DNA of 64,000 bases from an uncultured Clostridia bacterium (GCA_964594955.1 CAZQNK010000002.1:13037-77036), one strand, 5' to 3'; counted from the stretch's first letter, positions 25,501 through 35,156 are shown. The notes: generated by a model from the letters alone, not told the origin. Made by a program: numbers and translations.

Positions 25501-28500
25501 ACCGCCGTCAGATTGTCGCAGTCGGCGAACACATAATATCCGCTGACGTGCAGACCCGTGATATCGAGTGAAGTGACGTTTTTAAGCATTTCCCTGACGG
25601 TTTTTATGTTGAGCGTGCAAGCCGAAGCAGTTTGCGTGCTTGTCTCGCTTATTTCAATGCGAACCGTTCTCAAATCGGTGGCGCTTGTATTGGCCACGAG
25701 GGATTTAAGTCCTTCAAGCTCCGTAGGGTCCGTTCTGTCGTTATATATTATGGAATTTACAAGTTCGACGCCGCTGTCCGAAGAGAGCGAACCTTTAAGG
25801 CTTGTACACCCCGCAAACGCACGGTTATAAGCCGTGCTTATCTTTTCAATGCCCTTAATTATCTGCAACGAGGTACAGCCGTCGAAAGCGTTGCTTGCAA
25901 CCGTGAAAGTTTTGCAGTTGCTGAAATCGACGTATTCAAGCGACGTACAGCCCTTAAACGCTTCTTTGTTTATAAGAGTAAGGTCGCAGTCGGCGATGTC
26001 AAGCGCGGTAACGTCGTCAAAGAACACGTATTTAAGGTTTGTACAGCCGTAGAACGCTCTTTCACCGATAGTTGTTACCGTCTTGGGTATAACTACCGCC
26101 GTTATGTCGGTGTTGTACTTGAACGCCTCGTTCCCTATGGTCATTATGTTCATATCCGTGGGGATATATACCACGCCGCCCGCGCCCGCATAACCTGTAA
26201 GCGAATAGCTTGAAACGGTGAACGCTTCCTGCACGCTGAAAGTTACGGTAGCGGCATACGCCGTGCCGACTATGGTGGCTGAAATGCTTGCCGTACCCTT
26301 CTTTTTAAGGGTTACGTTGCCCGAACCGTCCACTTCCGCGACGGACTCGTCGGTCGACTTCCATTCAAGGGTAACTTCCTTCTTATCGGCGTCGGCTACA
26401 TATTCATAATACCAAGGGTCGTATTCGACGTTTAGCTTGATGTTCTGCTCTATATTTACGGAAACGTATCCGCTTGCAACGACGGGCACGTCGGCAGAGT
26501 TGTAAATAGTTCCGAAGCTTATCGCAGGCCATGCGGTTAACTTCTTGTCATTATCGGTAACGGTGACGTAAATATCGTGATATTTACCGTTTTTGCCGAC
26601 CACGTGCACGGTTGCGTTGCCCGCCTTTATTCCGACAATCTCGCCGTTTTTAACGGCTATGCAATCGCCGCCCTTCAAAACGTTCCAGGTAAAATTGGAA
26701 AGGTTAGCGGAAGGATATTCTTCCGTATCCCATTCGAGGGAAACCTTATATGTTTCAAGTTTGCCGATGGAAATTGAGAGTGAACCGTCGGCGTCGGCGC
26801 CCTTGACGGAGAAATCCGAGGGAAGAACGGAAGCGGTTGCCGTATTGATGTTGAGCGCGTATATGCTGTGGTTCATAGCATAGTCGTCAAGTTCGAGATA
26901 GAGCGTAAGTCCCTTTTCTATGAGTTCCATAATGTCGGTTATCTCTATCGTGACGGTATTAACTCCGTTCCTGACCGCATTTAATACGGGAGTTACGTAT
27001 TCGGTGGCAAGCACGGCTTCTTTTTCGCCCTCGGCGTTGTCCCTGTAATAGCAGAGCAGAGCCGCCATTGCGTAATGGTTGTCGTATATATCGAGGTCGA
27101 GGTATACTCTTTGCTTGTCTTTATCGTTCGCGTCCTTATAATCGACGTAGCGCACGGCGGCGTTTTCCAGAATGGGTGCGGAATAGTCCACATAGAAGCT
27201 GAAAGTGAACGTATTGTCCTCGGTAATCTCCTCATCCATTGAATGGAAGAAGAAATTGAATTCCATTGTGTAACGGCCGTTTTCAACAAGTCCCAATTCG
27301 TCGGGAGTGAGTTCGAGTTTTACGAACGCGGGCGTTACGCTGCCGCCGTCCGCGACGGCTTTGCCTGCTCGGTAGACGATTTTGGTATATATCTCTTCGC
27401 CCGTTGCGGCGTTCGTCATGGTAACGGTGACGTATTTTGCGTTTCTTAAAAGCCCCGCATACAGCCCTCTTATGGCATACGCGGTCATATAACTGTTCAC
27501 GGACGTGCTGTCGGCGGTTTCGTCGTTATAACACGAGATCGCCGTGTGCTCTTCGCTGACATACACTTGATCGGCGTCCTCGTCCTGCAAATACAGATAG
27601 CCGCCCATGGGTATGACGTAGGTGTTGTTCCAATAGGTCGCATAGGGTTGCGTCGCCCAGACCGTAGCCGAGGGTTTTTCTTCATCCTTTAAAGAAGTAT
27701 CAGCCTCTATTTCGGCTATTTCGTAAGCGTCGTAGTCGAGCATGGGCGCGGCTTCCCAATCGCCGTAGAATCCGAGGAAGGGAATGGACAAATCGCACTG
27801 TTCGGAAGAAGATATGAGTTGGAGAAAGCCTTCCACAAACATACCGTTCACAAAGCTTTCGTCCAGATACTTCTTTTCGTCGTCCGTCAGAGAAATCTTC
27901 ACGGATATCTTCGTGGTTCCCTCGCCGAAGGTAACTTTGGCGCCGTCGGAATAAGTTTTGCCGTTTATCGTCCACACGGCGTTGCCCGCAAGCATATAAG
28001 CCTGCTCGGCGACCGCAAGCCCGTCAAGCGAAAGACTTTCGGTGAAGAACAGCGATTTAAGCGTAAAGCTCATGTCGCCGCCGCTTATGTTGTTCAGATA
28101 ATATACCAACGTATATTCGCCTATCTTGTCCTCGTCCTCGCCGAGTTCAATCTTGGGGCGGTTGCCCGTATCCACCGTATAATAGGAATGGGCGCTTTTC
28201 ACCGTATCGCCGTCGACGGTGTAGAGATATGCTTTTGTACTTATTATATTATCGAGGCTGGCAAGTCCCGCGCCCTGTTTACGGGGCGAATAAGGCAGAC
28301 CGTCCGCGTCATAAACGGTTGTCGCCGTGCTCATCATCAGTTGATAGGCAAGCGTCGTAGCCTTTTCCTGATCGTACTCGCCGTCAAAGAACTTGGCGTA
28401 ATTCTGTTTGATATAGCTTAAAATATTTGCCATAAGACCCGAAACGTTGGGCGTTGCCATGGAGGTACCGCTCATTTCGCTGTAACCGCCGGGGACGGCA

Positions 28501-30590
28501 GAAGTTATTTCTCCGCCGTGCGCGGTGATTTCGGGTTTAAGTTTAAGATCGGACGTGACTCCCCAGCTTGAGAAATCGCTCATGAAGGGGCCCGCGGAAT
28601 AATTCAAAGATATCGAAAGCGTGCCCGTATAGTTTTTGGCGGAGCCAGCCGCGTCCGCAAGCGCCTGACCCATTACCTGCGTCGTGGATATGGCGGGTAT
28701 AGGGTTGTCTATATCGCCTATGGTCATTTTAATTTCGCCCGCGACGTTGTTGTAGACAATTACCGCGTCCGCACCCGCCGCCATGGCATTTTCGACCTTA
28801 TTCTGGAAGGTGTTGGTTCCGCGCTGTACAAGCGCCACAGCCAGATAGCCTTCATCCTGTGCCGAAGTTATTGCCTTTTTAATGGTGGGCGTATAATTGG
28901 TTGAAGAACCGACGCCCGGTATTACGATATATTTGACCGTTAAAACGCCCGCGGACGAATCGTAATATTTACTGTCTTTGCCGAGTTCGAGCATTTGCGC
29001 AATGAAGTCGTAATCTACGTTGTTTTCATCCGAAGATTCACGGAAGTAAACGGACGTCTGGCTGTCGGTACCCGCATTTGCAATGAGGTAAGGGCTCTTT
29101 TTGCCGCTTATACTTGCAACGGATATGGCGCCCGAATAAGTGGAGGGCGAACCTACCGTACCCGAATCGGGGTTGGACGCAAGGTTGGTACCGAACGTAG
29201 AGCCGTAGCCCGAAGAATATTCGTTGCTCGCCGCGCAGACGAGGCTTATGCCCGCATTTTCGACGGAGGTGTAAACATCGTTCATGTAATCGCCTTCGTC
29301 GTCGCCGTCGTTGGTGGACGAGAAGCCGTTTGTGGTGCCGAGGGACATATTGATTACGTCGACGCCGAGCGTTACGCAATCTTCAAGCGCCGCAAGAATA
29401 TCTTCCGTAGTAGCGCCGCCGATGTCTTTGCTGTCAAGATTATCGGTGAATACTTTACAGATAACAAGCTGCGCATAGGGAGCAACGCCTATGAATTCCT
29501 GCGTGGCAAGCTTCGTGTAAGCTTCGTCCGCGAAGATATAATCGTAACCGTCTTTCGTATAAGTCTTGCTCGTTTCGTCATACCCTTCGGCATAGACGAG
29601 TTTTCCGTCTTTGTCGGTGTAACTTGCCGCCCTGCCGCCGATAATGCCCGCAACGTGCGTGCCGTGGTTGGAATAGGAAGGATATACGTCCGCGTCGTTG
29701 TCCGCATAGTCAAAGCCGAAGGGAATTCTGTCGCTGACGTAAACGTCGCCCTTTGCGTTGAGACCGCCCTCCGCCATCTTTTGGGCTATGTCCGATTCAG
29801 ACCACTTCATGTTTTTGCGGAATTCCTGCGAATAGTTGTAATAATAATCTTCGGAATCGTCCGTAAGTCTGAAAGCGTCGTGCGTGTAATCAATACCCGT
29901 ATCGAGTATAGCTACCGTCATGCCCTTGCCGCCGTATTCTTCAACATATTTTGAAGAATCGTATACGCCCGTAGCGTACACGTTGGTTGCGTTTACCGTG
30001 CCCGCCGAGGAGGAATCCTCTTCCACCGTCTGCGGTGCGGCGTAGCTGTCGCACACAATAACGCTTTCAACCCCTTCCATAGCCTTTATATCGGAAACGA
30101 ACGAAGTATCTATCTTTATAGCCACCGCATTGTCTATGTACTTATAGTTATATACCTTTTCAAAGGCTATACCTTCCCTTGAAAGCGTATTATAGAACTG
30201 CTTATGCGTATTTTCAATGGCAAGCTCCTTCACCTGCCCCGTGAAGGTGTTCCGGTAAGCTTCAAGACCCGCGCTGCCCGCGCTGTCAATAAGGGAGTTC
30301 TCCGAAAAACTTACTATAACGGTGCGGGTTTCATAATAAGAACCGCCTGCCGCCTCCGTACTGCTTAAAACGCCTGAACTGAAATTGGAAACCTGCAGGT
30401 CATGGAAATTCATGCTTCCCGTAACGTCCGTATAGGAAACGGACGCGGACGACGAATCGGAGTCCGCCAAAGCCTGTCCCGCAGAATTCTTATCAGAATA
30501 ATCGCCCGCAATGAACGAGAAACAGAGCAGCGACGCAAGGATCAGCCCCGAGAATTTTTTTAATTCGTTCCGAATGAATCTGGATTTCAT
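22590..30590 (-). CDS. giant cell-envelope subtilisin-like (S8) protease fused to PA, Fn3-like and Big_2 domains, a long BspA-type leucine-rich-repeat array and a C-terminal TM anchor
   Basis: 2666 aa with a signal peptide. I9-like propeptide. Catalytic motifs VAILDTGID (Asp230), HGTHVAGIIGG and GTSMATPNVSG. PA insert (AVALVQRGTNTFQNKVENAMAAGADAVIVYN). Two Big_2 units. About 800 aa of IGxxAFxxCxxLxSVxIP repeats. C-terminal LLIGAAALLIVGAMIFIRCYRKAKK. Confidence 0.9.
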   Translation of the reverse strand: MKSRFIRNELKKFSGLILASLLCFSFIAGDYSDKNSAGQALADSDSSSASVSYTDVTGSMNFHDLQVSNFSSGVLSSTEAAGGSYYETRTVIVSFSENSLIDSAGSAGLEAYRNTFTGQVKELAIENTHKQFYNTLSREGIAFEKVYNYKYIDNAVAIKIDTSFVSDIKAMEGVESVIVCDSYAAPQTVEEDSSSAGTVNATNVYATGVYDSSKYVEEYGGKGMTVAILDTGIDYTHDAFRLTDDSEDYYYNYSQEFRKNMKWSESDIAQKMAEGGLNAKGDVYVSDRIPFGFDYADNDADVYPSYSNHGTHVAGIIGGRAASYTDKDGKLVYAEGYDETSKTYTKDGYDYIFADEAYTKLATQEFIGVAPYAQLVICKVFTDNLDSKDIGGATTEDILAALEDCVTLGVDVINMSLGTTNGFSSTNDGDDEGDYMNDVYTSVENAGISLVCAASNEYSSGYGSTFGTNLASNPDSGTVGSPSTYSGAISVASISGKKSPYLIANAGTDSQTSVYFRESSDENNVDYDFIAQMLELGKDSKYYDSSAGVLTVKYIVIPGVGSSTNYTPTIKKAITSAQDEGYLAVALVQRGTNTFQNKVENAMAAGADAVIVYNNVAGEIKMTIGDIDNPIPAISTTQVMGQALADAAGSAKNYTGTLSISLNYSAGPFMSDFSSWGVTSDLKLKPEITAHGGEITSAVPGGYSEMSGTSMATPNVSGLMANILSYIKQNYAKFFDGEYDQEKATTLAYQLMMSTATTVYDADGLPYSPRKQGAGLASLDNIISTKAYLYTVDGDTVKSAHSYYTVDTGNRPKIELGEDEDKIGEYTLVYYLNNISGGDMSFTLKSLFFTESLSLDGLAVAEQAYMLAGNAVWTINGKTYSDGAKVTFGEGTTKISVKISLTDDEKKYLDESFVNGMFVEGFLQLISSSEQCDLSIPFLGFYGDWEAAPMLDYDAYEIAEIEADTSLKDEEKPSATVWATQPYATYWNNTYVIPMGGYLYLQDEDADQVYVSEEHTAISCYNDETADSTSVNSYMTAYAIRGLYAGLLRNAKYVTVTMTNAATGEEIYTKIVYRAGKAVADGGSVTPAFVKLELTPDELGLVENGRYTMEFNFFFHSMDEEITEDNTFTFSFYVDYSAPILENAAVRYVDYKDANDKDKQRVYLDLDIYDNHYAMAALLCYYRDNAEGEKEAVLATEYVTPVLNAVRNGVNTVTIEITDIMELIEKGLTLYLELDDYAMNHSIYALNINTATASVLPSDFSVKGADADGSLSISIGKLETYKVSLEWDTEEYPSANLSNFTWNVLKGGDCIAVKNGEIVGIKAGNATVHVVGKNGKYHDIYVTVTDNDKKLTAWPAISFGTIYNSADVPVVASGYVSVNIEQNIKLNVEYDPWYYEYVADADKKEVTLEWKSTDESVAEVDGSGNVTLKKKGTASISATIVGTAYAATVTFSVQEAFTVSSYSLTGYAGAGGVVYIPTDMNIMTIGNEAFKYNTDITAVVIPKTVTTIGERAFYGCTNLKYVFFDDVTALDIADCDLTLINKEAFKGCTSLEYVDFSNCKTFTVASNAFDGCTSLQIIKGIEKISTAYNRAFAGCTSLKGSLSSDSGVELVNSIIYNDRTDPTELEGLKSLVANTSATDLRTVRIEISETSTQTASACTLNIKTVREMLKNVTSLDITGLHVSGYYVFADCDNLTAVTMGEFTSIGAGMFNGCDSVDNVVIKTASVGDYAFYDCAGLYNITFDGVTNGTIGNYAFASKEVGNLSSVTFNDGVTIKSIGDCAFANNYMSSFTLPEGLSYLGDDLFAGGDLKSLEVTCDLSEVTFNGSTFNSISDLTLKDGLEALVIDGNILYNKDKTKVILALSNATEYNIADTVTEIGNYAFANKKALTSVTIPAGVTTIGDYSFYNTGLTSVTIPAGVTSIGEGAFHKCSKLASVTFAGSSLKTIGDGAFEASAITSITLPSSVTEVGSYAFAETSLTSFDYAPAKTAAFGGYVFAYCTELEKISLADNITTMGDGTFYGCDKLTTVALPSVDELGNFTFFRCVNLESVTYGEDATVTGNYTFYSYDEYYETQPFGSLTSVTLGKKTTAIGDMAFIYCTVLESIDLSNIKTIGSNAFWYNTSLKNVKGLEKVENIGAYAFYGCSSLENIDISGATAIGDFAFYGNAASEITIPATLGSSTVQTVVTVESSKYARPITTSYEYTYSPMGVGVFANASNLVKFTVADGNADYFTDDNGVLYRKLANGGYELMSYPSALNLSNYTVLDGTVRIDAYAFANLTAGTLKQVTFPYELTNVGAGAFYSSGVTKYNFTSYTAPTLEAEISYDTSNESDYYFYYYMTYMSNTAGSIFRGLYNTNFDSAVIDYASDIVYVYYNAYTGDSYQISAVSSTLEMTYPENGSGYTNYIYGIYFGKASTTDVVLSVSSAAVAKNLTSDGWYSVAEINSWATAEVTPELTAEVTAFSELVKATHLNYNNMKNDSTQMDLLKAKLSASGVSIDLLSETESALSSVKERFGIKVSVSKLEADTSSYKSVYKVGEHFDMTGLKIVVTYDDYSEVIYYADKGQVILDSSYDEALSELYNSVRVSIPDLGRTVLIGITVTDEDVTPENPPEDNGESGCGAGCGSSGGLLIGAAALLIVGAMIFIRCYRKAKKADSRGNQSDNSGD

Positions 30591-30646
30591 ATATAATGCC
30601 CCTTTTGCCCGAATTAATGCAAAATTTTATATTTTTATAAAACGCC

Positions 30647-30677
30647 GCAGAAAGGGCGTTAATTACACCCTTTCTGC
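30647..30677 (-). terminator. hairpin between the GLUG lipoprotein gene and the S8 gene
   Basis: gcagaaaggg / ccctttctgc, a 10-bp stem with an 11-nt loop. On the minus strand GGCGTTTTAT follows. Confidence 0.5.
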
Positions 30678-30689
30678 AATCGAATAAAT

Positions 30690-33600
30690 CTACTCTTCGA
30701 TAGGAATAAGATAATAACTGCCGTTGGTATACACTCCGTCGGCGTCGGACTTCTCTTCGCTTAAAACGTAAGTATACACCTCAGTAATCTTCTTAGTATC
30801 CTCCTCGTAAACGAACGTACACGTACACGTAACGATACCGTCCGAGGATATTTTCTTAGAATATTTGCCGCTTTTGACGTTATCGCCCGACGAAAGTTCG
30901 ACTTTGCCGTAAGTCACGTACGCGCTGCCAGCCGTTCCGTCGAATTTCAAAACGTCGTCGCCGCTATTCCATACGCCGAAAAGCGCGTCGGGAGCGGAAA
31001 GATGAATATAATCTGCGTCCCCGTCGGACAGTGCAAGTCCGTCTGTAAAAGCGGATACGCAATAATTTTTGCCGTCGTAAACAAAACTCATCTGCGCGCC
31101 GTCGTAGTAAAGGATTATCGCCTTGCCGAAGAACGTTCCCGCTATTTCAGCTTTTTCGCCCTCCGACGGGATATATCTTACGTCCCCGATAACCAACTTC
31201 GTATACATGCCGTATACAGCCCATGCGCCCGTAAACGGATTTTGAACGTAAAGATCGGTACTCGCTCCGTTTCCGTCGGTTATGATATAGCCGCTTTCGC
31301 CTACGCTTATCGTCTTTGTTGCGCCGTTTGACGTTATTATTATATTGCCGTCCGCAATTTCATATTTTGCCGTAACGGAGGATTCGCCCGTTATCGTAAC
31401 CACGCCCGCTCCGAGGCGTCCCCTGCCGTCGAACGAATAGGTAACCCCGTTCACGTCTGCGAATACCACGTCTTTAAATTTGTCATATTTCCCGAGCAAC
31501 GCCGTGCCGTCCGCGTAAGTTACCGAAACGGTATTCGTATATTCGTTATATTCGAGGGTATACTGTACGTTGTTATAGATAAACGTCGCCTTGCCCGTCG
31601 TGCGGTCGACCGTGTAGGGAACGGTAGTCTTGTCTATCGTGACGGTTCCCGAAACATCTCTCATGCCCGAAGCCGCCGGAGCCTCTACGTCGTACATGCC
31701 GAACCCGTTGAAAGACAACGAGGAAAGTTCGTCGGTTGAACCCCCCCACGTTCCGTAATAAACGTCGTACTGGTAGAAGGTATATTCCTTTGCCGAGGCG
31801 GTTGCGGAATCATAGAATGTTCCGGTTAAGGCGCCTTCGTCAGAGTCATATGTAAAGTAGGTATATATCTGGTCGCCGTAATAAATGTACCAACATTCAT
31901 CGGTTTCGGAATAGCAATACCTTAAACCTTCCTCGCCGTCATACGAGGCTTCGCCCCAACCCTTGGCATTGATGCCGCCGAGAATGAGCGTATGGCGGTT
32001 TTGCGCGTTTGCGTAAGTATACCACACGCCCGCCAAAGAATTTTCGGCAAAATATCCGACCGAGTGCGTTCCCGCGCTTTGCTTAACGTCCAAAGTTCCG
32101 TCCTCGGCAACCGTCACGGTGACACGCGTTCCGTCTTTTAACTCAAACTCCGCCTCGCCGCCGCTCACGGTATAGGTTCCGCTTTCGGTGACAGCGCCGC
32201 CGATAGTATACGTCCAAGTGCCTTTGCCGTCGAAAGTGTAAATTTTACTTACTATGCCCGCCTGTTCCCAGACGCCTTCGAATTGGTCGTATGATAACAG
32301 GTATATCATCGTTTCATTTTCTCCGACAAGGGCAGTAAGTTTTCCGTCCTCGCCCACAACGCCCCTGTAAGTACGGCTGCCGACTTTTACGGTTATGCCG
32401 TCGCCGTCGACGGTATAGGTAAGAGAGCCTGAAACGCCGTTCTGTACATAGGTGCCCGTATAATCTTTATTTAAAACGTATACGTTGCCGTTTTCCGCAT
32501 AATACTTGCCGCTTATCGTTATGTTGGCGCCCAACACCGCAACGAGGGGATCTCCTTGGGCGAAGAACCTTGCAAGAGAATCATAAGAGGATTCTGAACT
32601 GCCCGGAATATAAACTTCCTGACAGTCGTAAATATTGAGGTTGCCGTCCTCGGAACGGGCTGCAAAGAATGTGTATTTGGTTTGCTTTTGGGTGTCCGTG
32701 GCTTGGCTGCTCAGACGGGAGAAACAACCGTTTTTGATGGTTATGAGCTGACCGTCAAACTCGTATTCGCCCGTGAGATATATAGCGCCCTCCTCATATT
32801 CGTATGTGCCGTCCGAAAAGAAGGTGATTTCCGCCGACGAACCGCCCGTTAAGTAATACACCTTATCGGTGATGGCGGAAGTATCGGCATAATTTGCATA
32901 TAACGTTACACCAGTCATGGGGACGTAGCATGTGGGCACGCGCTGCGTACAATCCGCATCGAAATAATAACCGTATGTGCGCAAATTTACGTCATTCGCG
33001 CTGTTTTCATATTGAATTATACCGCCGTCTTCGCCGTATTCGTAAAGCAAATAGCGGTAAGACATGGGAACATAGACGTTTGAGGTTTTAGTAGAGTCTA
33101 TTTCTATGCTGTAAGTTCTGCCGCCCAAGGAAGTCTGGTTTATAATTATAGTAATGGTAAAGCTATGCGTGCTTTCATTCTGGTTAATAGTGGGCAATAT
33201 ATCGCTGAAATCCCAATCGGCGTCCGACCACCCCCTTCCTTTAAGGTTGCCTTCTCCGAGGTCGTACACAGTTATCGTTTTATCGTTGTCGTGAAGATTT
33301 CCCTTTATCCTGGCTTCGAGCGCATAGCAGTCGGAATAGCCCGCCGCGCTTAAACCGCCGTATATATAGCCCTTTTTCGCATAGGATGTGCCCGCAGAAG
33401 AGTTTGCGGAAAGTGTGCCCATAAAGAAACTTGAGCCGATGAACGTATCGTTTTCGGCATAGCCGACTATACCGCCCGCATAGGCATATCTTGCGTCGAG
33501 AATAGTTCCTTCAAATCCCGTAAGATAGGAAGTGGAAGAAGACGCAGCGTTCAGGTTACCCGTTGCATAAGTGTTTTGCACGGTAGTGTATCTGTCTATT

Positions 33601-35045
33601 ATACCCGCGACGCCGCCCGTGTGAACGCCGCCCGTTACGCTTACGTCCGCAGCGTAGTTATTTATGATATATACGGGAGCGGATTCGGCATAAGGAATGA
33701 CGTAGCCGACCAAGCCGCCCGCCCCGTACAGGGCGCCCGTTCCGTACATTTCCGTATTCTTGACGGCGCTGTACTGCAAAGAAGAATAATAAGCGTACCC
33801 GTTCTCTTCGTCAAGGTAGGATTGAAGAATACCCGCAATGCCGCCGAGATAAGAATAGTAATCTGAACTGCCGTTGACGGTAATTTCACCGTTCACCACC
33901 TGACAGTTGGAAATATTGAAGCCTATGCCGTAGCCGACCAAGCCGCCGACCACGCAGGCGCCGTCGGAAGGGGTTGTAGCTTCTACCTTGAAATCTTTTA
34001 CGGTAAGATTGCAGATGACCGCGGGCACGCCCGAATAAGCGTTCGCCATGCCGAACAATCCCGCATAGCCGCCGATATTAAGTTCGTCGAACACGTTGGA
34101 TACGACGAAGTTGCTCATCGTTTTGCCATTGCCGTCGAAATATCCCATGAACGCGGAATAATCGGAAGAATATCCGTCGCCCGCCATGTATACCTGTTCG
34201 CCTTCGAAATCAAGGTCGCATTCCAACTCCCAATAGGCAGTGTTGTAAGATAAATCTATGTAATATTCTTTATCGTTAACGTAATCTGTAAAGTAGAGCC
34301 AGTCGGTTACGCTGTTAATCGTATAGGGGTCGCTCTCCGTGCCCGTGCCCTTTATACCGACAGCGGGCGTCTGCACATTGCTTACCCATATTATAATAAC
34401 GCCCGAATTCGTTACCATATCGGACGTAACGGTGAAAGAGTAAACTCCGTTACCGTCGGGGGTAATCGCATCGTTATTGGCATTGACGAGGGGGTAACCT
34501 TTATCATCAGTATATTTGCAATAGACGCTCTTTTTGACCGTGAAAGAGATATAATCTCCCGCCGCAACGGTTTCGCCGTTCTGAATACTGTCCGAAGTAA
34601 GAACGCCGTTAGGCGTTTCCACCGCGGTATAAGTGACGCCTACAACGATATAATTGCTGTTTTCATCCGTTTCTATCTCGCCGTCTTCATTATATCTATA
34701 ATATGAAAACTGCAATTCATAGGTAGCGTCGGCAAGGGCGGAATAACCGCAGACGGAGCACACGCCGTCATCCAAAACATGCTCGCTGAATGACTTTTTC
34801 GCCTCGCTATGGCCGCAGGTCGCCGCATACCAATGCCCCGTGCCGTCCTTTGAGTATTCGTTTGAAAAAGTATGTTCATGGGTTTCCCCGCATACGGAAC
34901 AAACGTAAACGGGATTGCCGTCTTTGTCCGTTTCACCGTTTTCCACCCAATCGTGCTCGGTATGCCCGTTATCGGCGCATCCGTAAGCGGCTGCGATACA
35001 GCACACGCTTATTACCGAAAGCATAAATATCAAAAATTTCTTCAT
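30690..35045 (-). CDS. large surface lipoprotein with an N-terminal Cys/His-rich module and a GLUG-motif repeat array
   Basis: Start moved to MKKFLIF (35045; GGAGC SD), giving 1451 aa. Lipobox AAYG|C (Cys23). HEHTFSNEYSKDGTGHWYAATCGH...GVCSVCG module. FDGNGKTMSNF..GLFG..GGLVG..GGIAG..GGLVG..GGVAG..GGIVG is GLUG-like. The rest is beta-rich with no motif I recognise. Confidence 0.85.
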   Translation of the reverse strand: MKKFLIFMLSVISVCCIAAAYGCADNGHTEHDWVENGETDKDGNPVYVCSVCGETHEHTFSNEYSKDGTGHWYAATCGHSEAKKSFSEHVLDDGVCSVCGYSALADATYELQFSYYRYNEDGEIETDENSNYIVVGVTYTAVETPNGVLTSDSIQNGETVAAGDYISFTVKKSVYCKYTDDKGYPLVNANNDAITPDGNGVYSFTVTSDMVTNSGVIIIWVSNVQTPAVGIKGTGTESDPYTINSVTDWLYFTDYVNDKEYYIDLSYNTAYWELECDLDFEGEQVYMAGDGYSSDYSAFMGYFDGNGKTMSNFVVSNVFDELNIGGYAGLFGMANAYSGVPAVICNLTVKDFKVEATTPSDGACVVGGLVGYGIGFNISNCQVVNGEITVNGSSDYYSYLGGIAGILQSYLDEENGYAYYSSLQYSAVKNTEMYGTGALYGAGGLVGYVIPYAESAPVYIINNYAADVSVTGGVHTGGVAGIIDRYTTVQNTYATGNLNAASSSTSYLTGFEGTILDARYAYAGGIVGYAENDTFIGSSFFMGTLSANSSAGTSYAKKGYIYGGLSAAGYSDCYALEARIKGNLHDNDKTITVYDLGEGNLKGRGWSDADWDFSDILPTINQNESTHSFTITIIINQTSLGGRTYSIEIDSTKTSNVYVPMSYRYLLYEYGEDGGIIQYENSANDVNLRTYGYYFDADCTQRVPTCYVPMTGVTLYANYADTSAITDKVYYLTGGSSAEITFFSDGTYEYEEGAIYLTGEYEFDGQLITIKNGCFSRLSSQATDTQKQTKYTFFAARSEDGNLNIYDCQEVYIPGSSESSYDSLARFFAQGDPLVAVLGANITISGKYYAENGNVYVLNKDYTGTYVQNGVSGSLTYTVDGDGITVKVGSRTYRGVVGEDGKLTALVGENETMIYLLSYDQFEGVWEQAGIVSKIYTFDGKGTWTYTIGGAVTESGTYTVSGGEAEFELKDGTRVTVTVAEDGTLDVKQSAGTHSVGYFAENSLAGVWYTYANAQNRHTLILGGINAKGWGEASYDGEEGLRYCYSETDECWYIYYGDQIYTYFTYDSDEGALTGTFYDSATASAKEYTFYQYDVYYGTWGGSTDELSSLSFNGFGMYDVEAPAASGMRDVSGTVTIDKTTVPYTVDRTTGKATFIYNNVQYTLEYNEYTNTVSVTYADGTALLGKYDKFKDVVFADVNGVTYSFDGRGRLGAGVVTITGESSVTAKYEIADGNIIITSNGATKTISVGESGYIITDGNGASTDLYVQNPFTGAWAVYGMYTKLVIGDVRYIPSEGEKAEIAGTFFGKAIILYYDGAQMSFVYDGKNYCVSAFTDGLALSDGDADYIHLSAPDALFGVWNSGDDVLKFDGTAGSAYVTYGKVELSSGDNVKSGKYSKKISSDGIVTCTCTFVYEEDTKKITEVYTYVLSEEKSDADGVYTNGSYYLIPIEE

Positions 35046-35156
35046 TTTTTGCTCCGAAAAGAAATACCTCGCCGTCCGCAATTGAGCGGCGAAACTTTAT
35101 GCAACAGCCGTTTTTTGGCGACAATCCTCAGCATTGCACAAAAACGATTATACTAT

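Noticed and set aside
24369-29954. Several plus-strand ORFs of 130-319 aa inside the S8/LRR gene (24369-24830, 25632-26213, 27819-28421, 28995-29954)
   Set aside because: They are antisense to an uninterrupted 8-kb ORF that carries catalytic-triad, PA, Big_2 and LRR motifs. They have no independent start signals.
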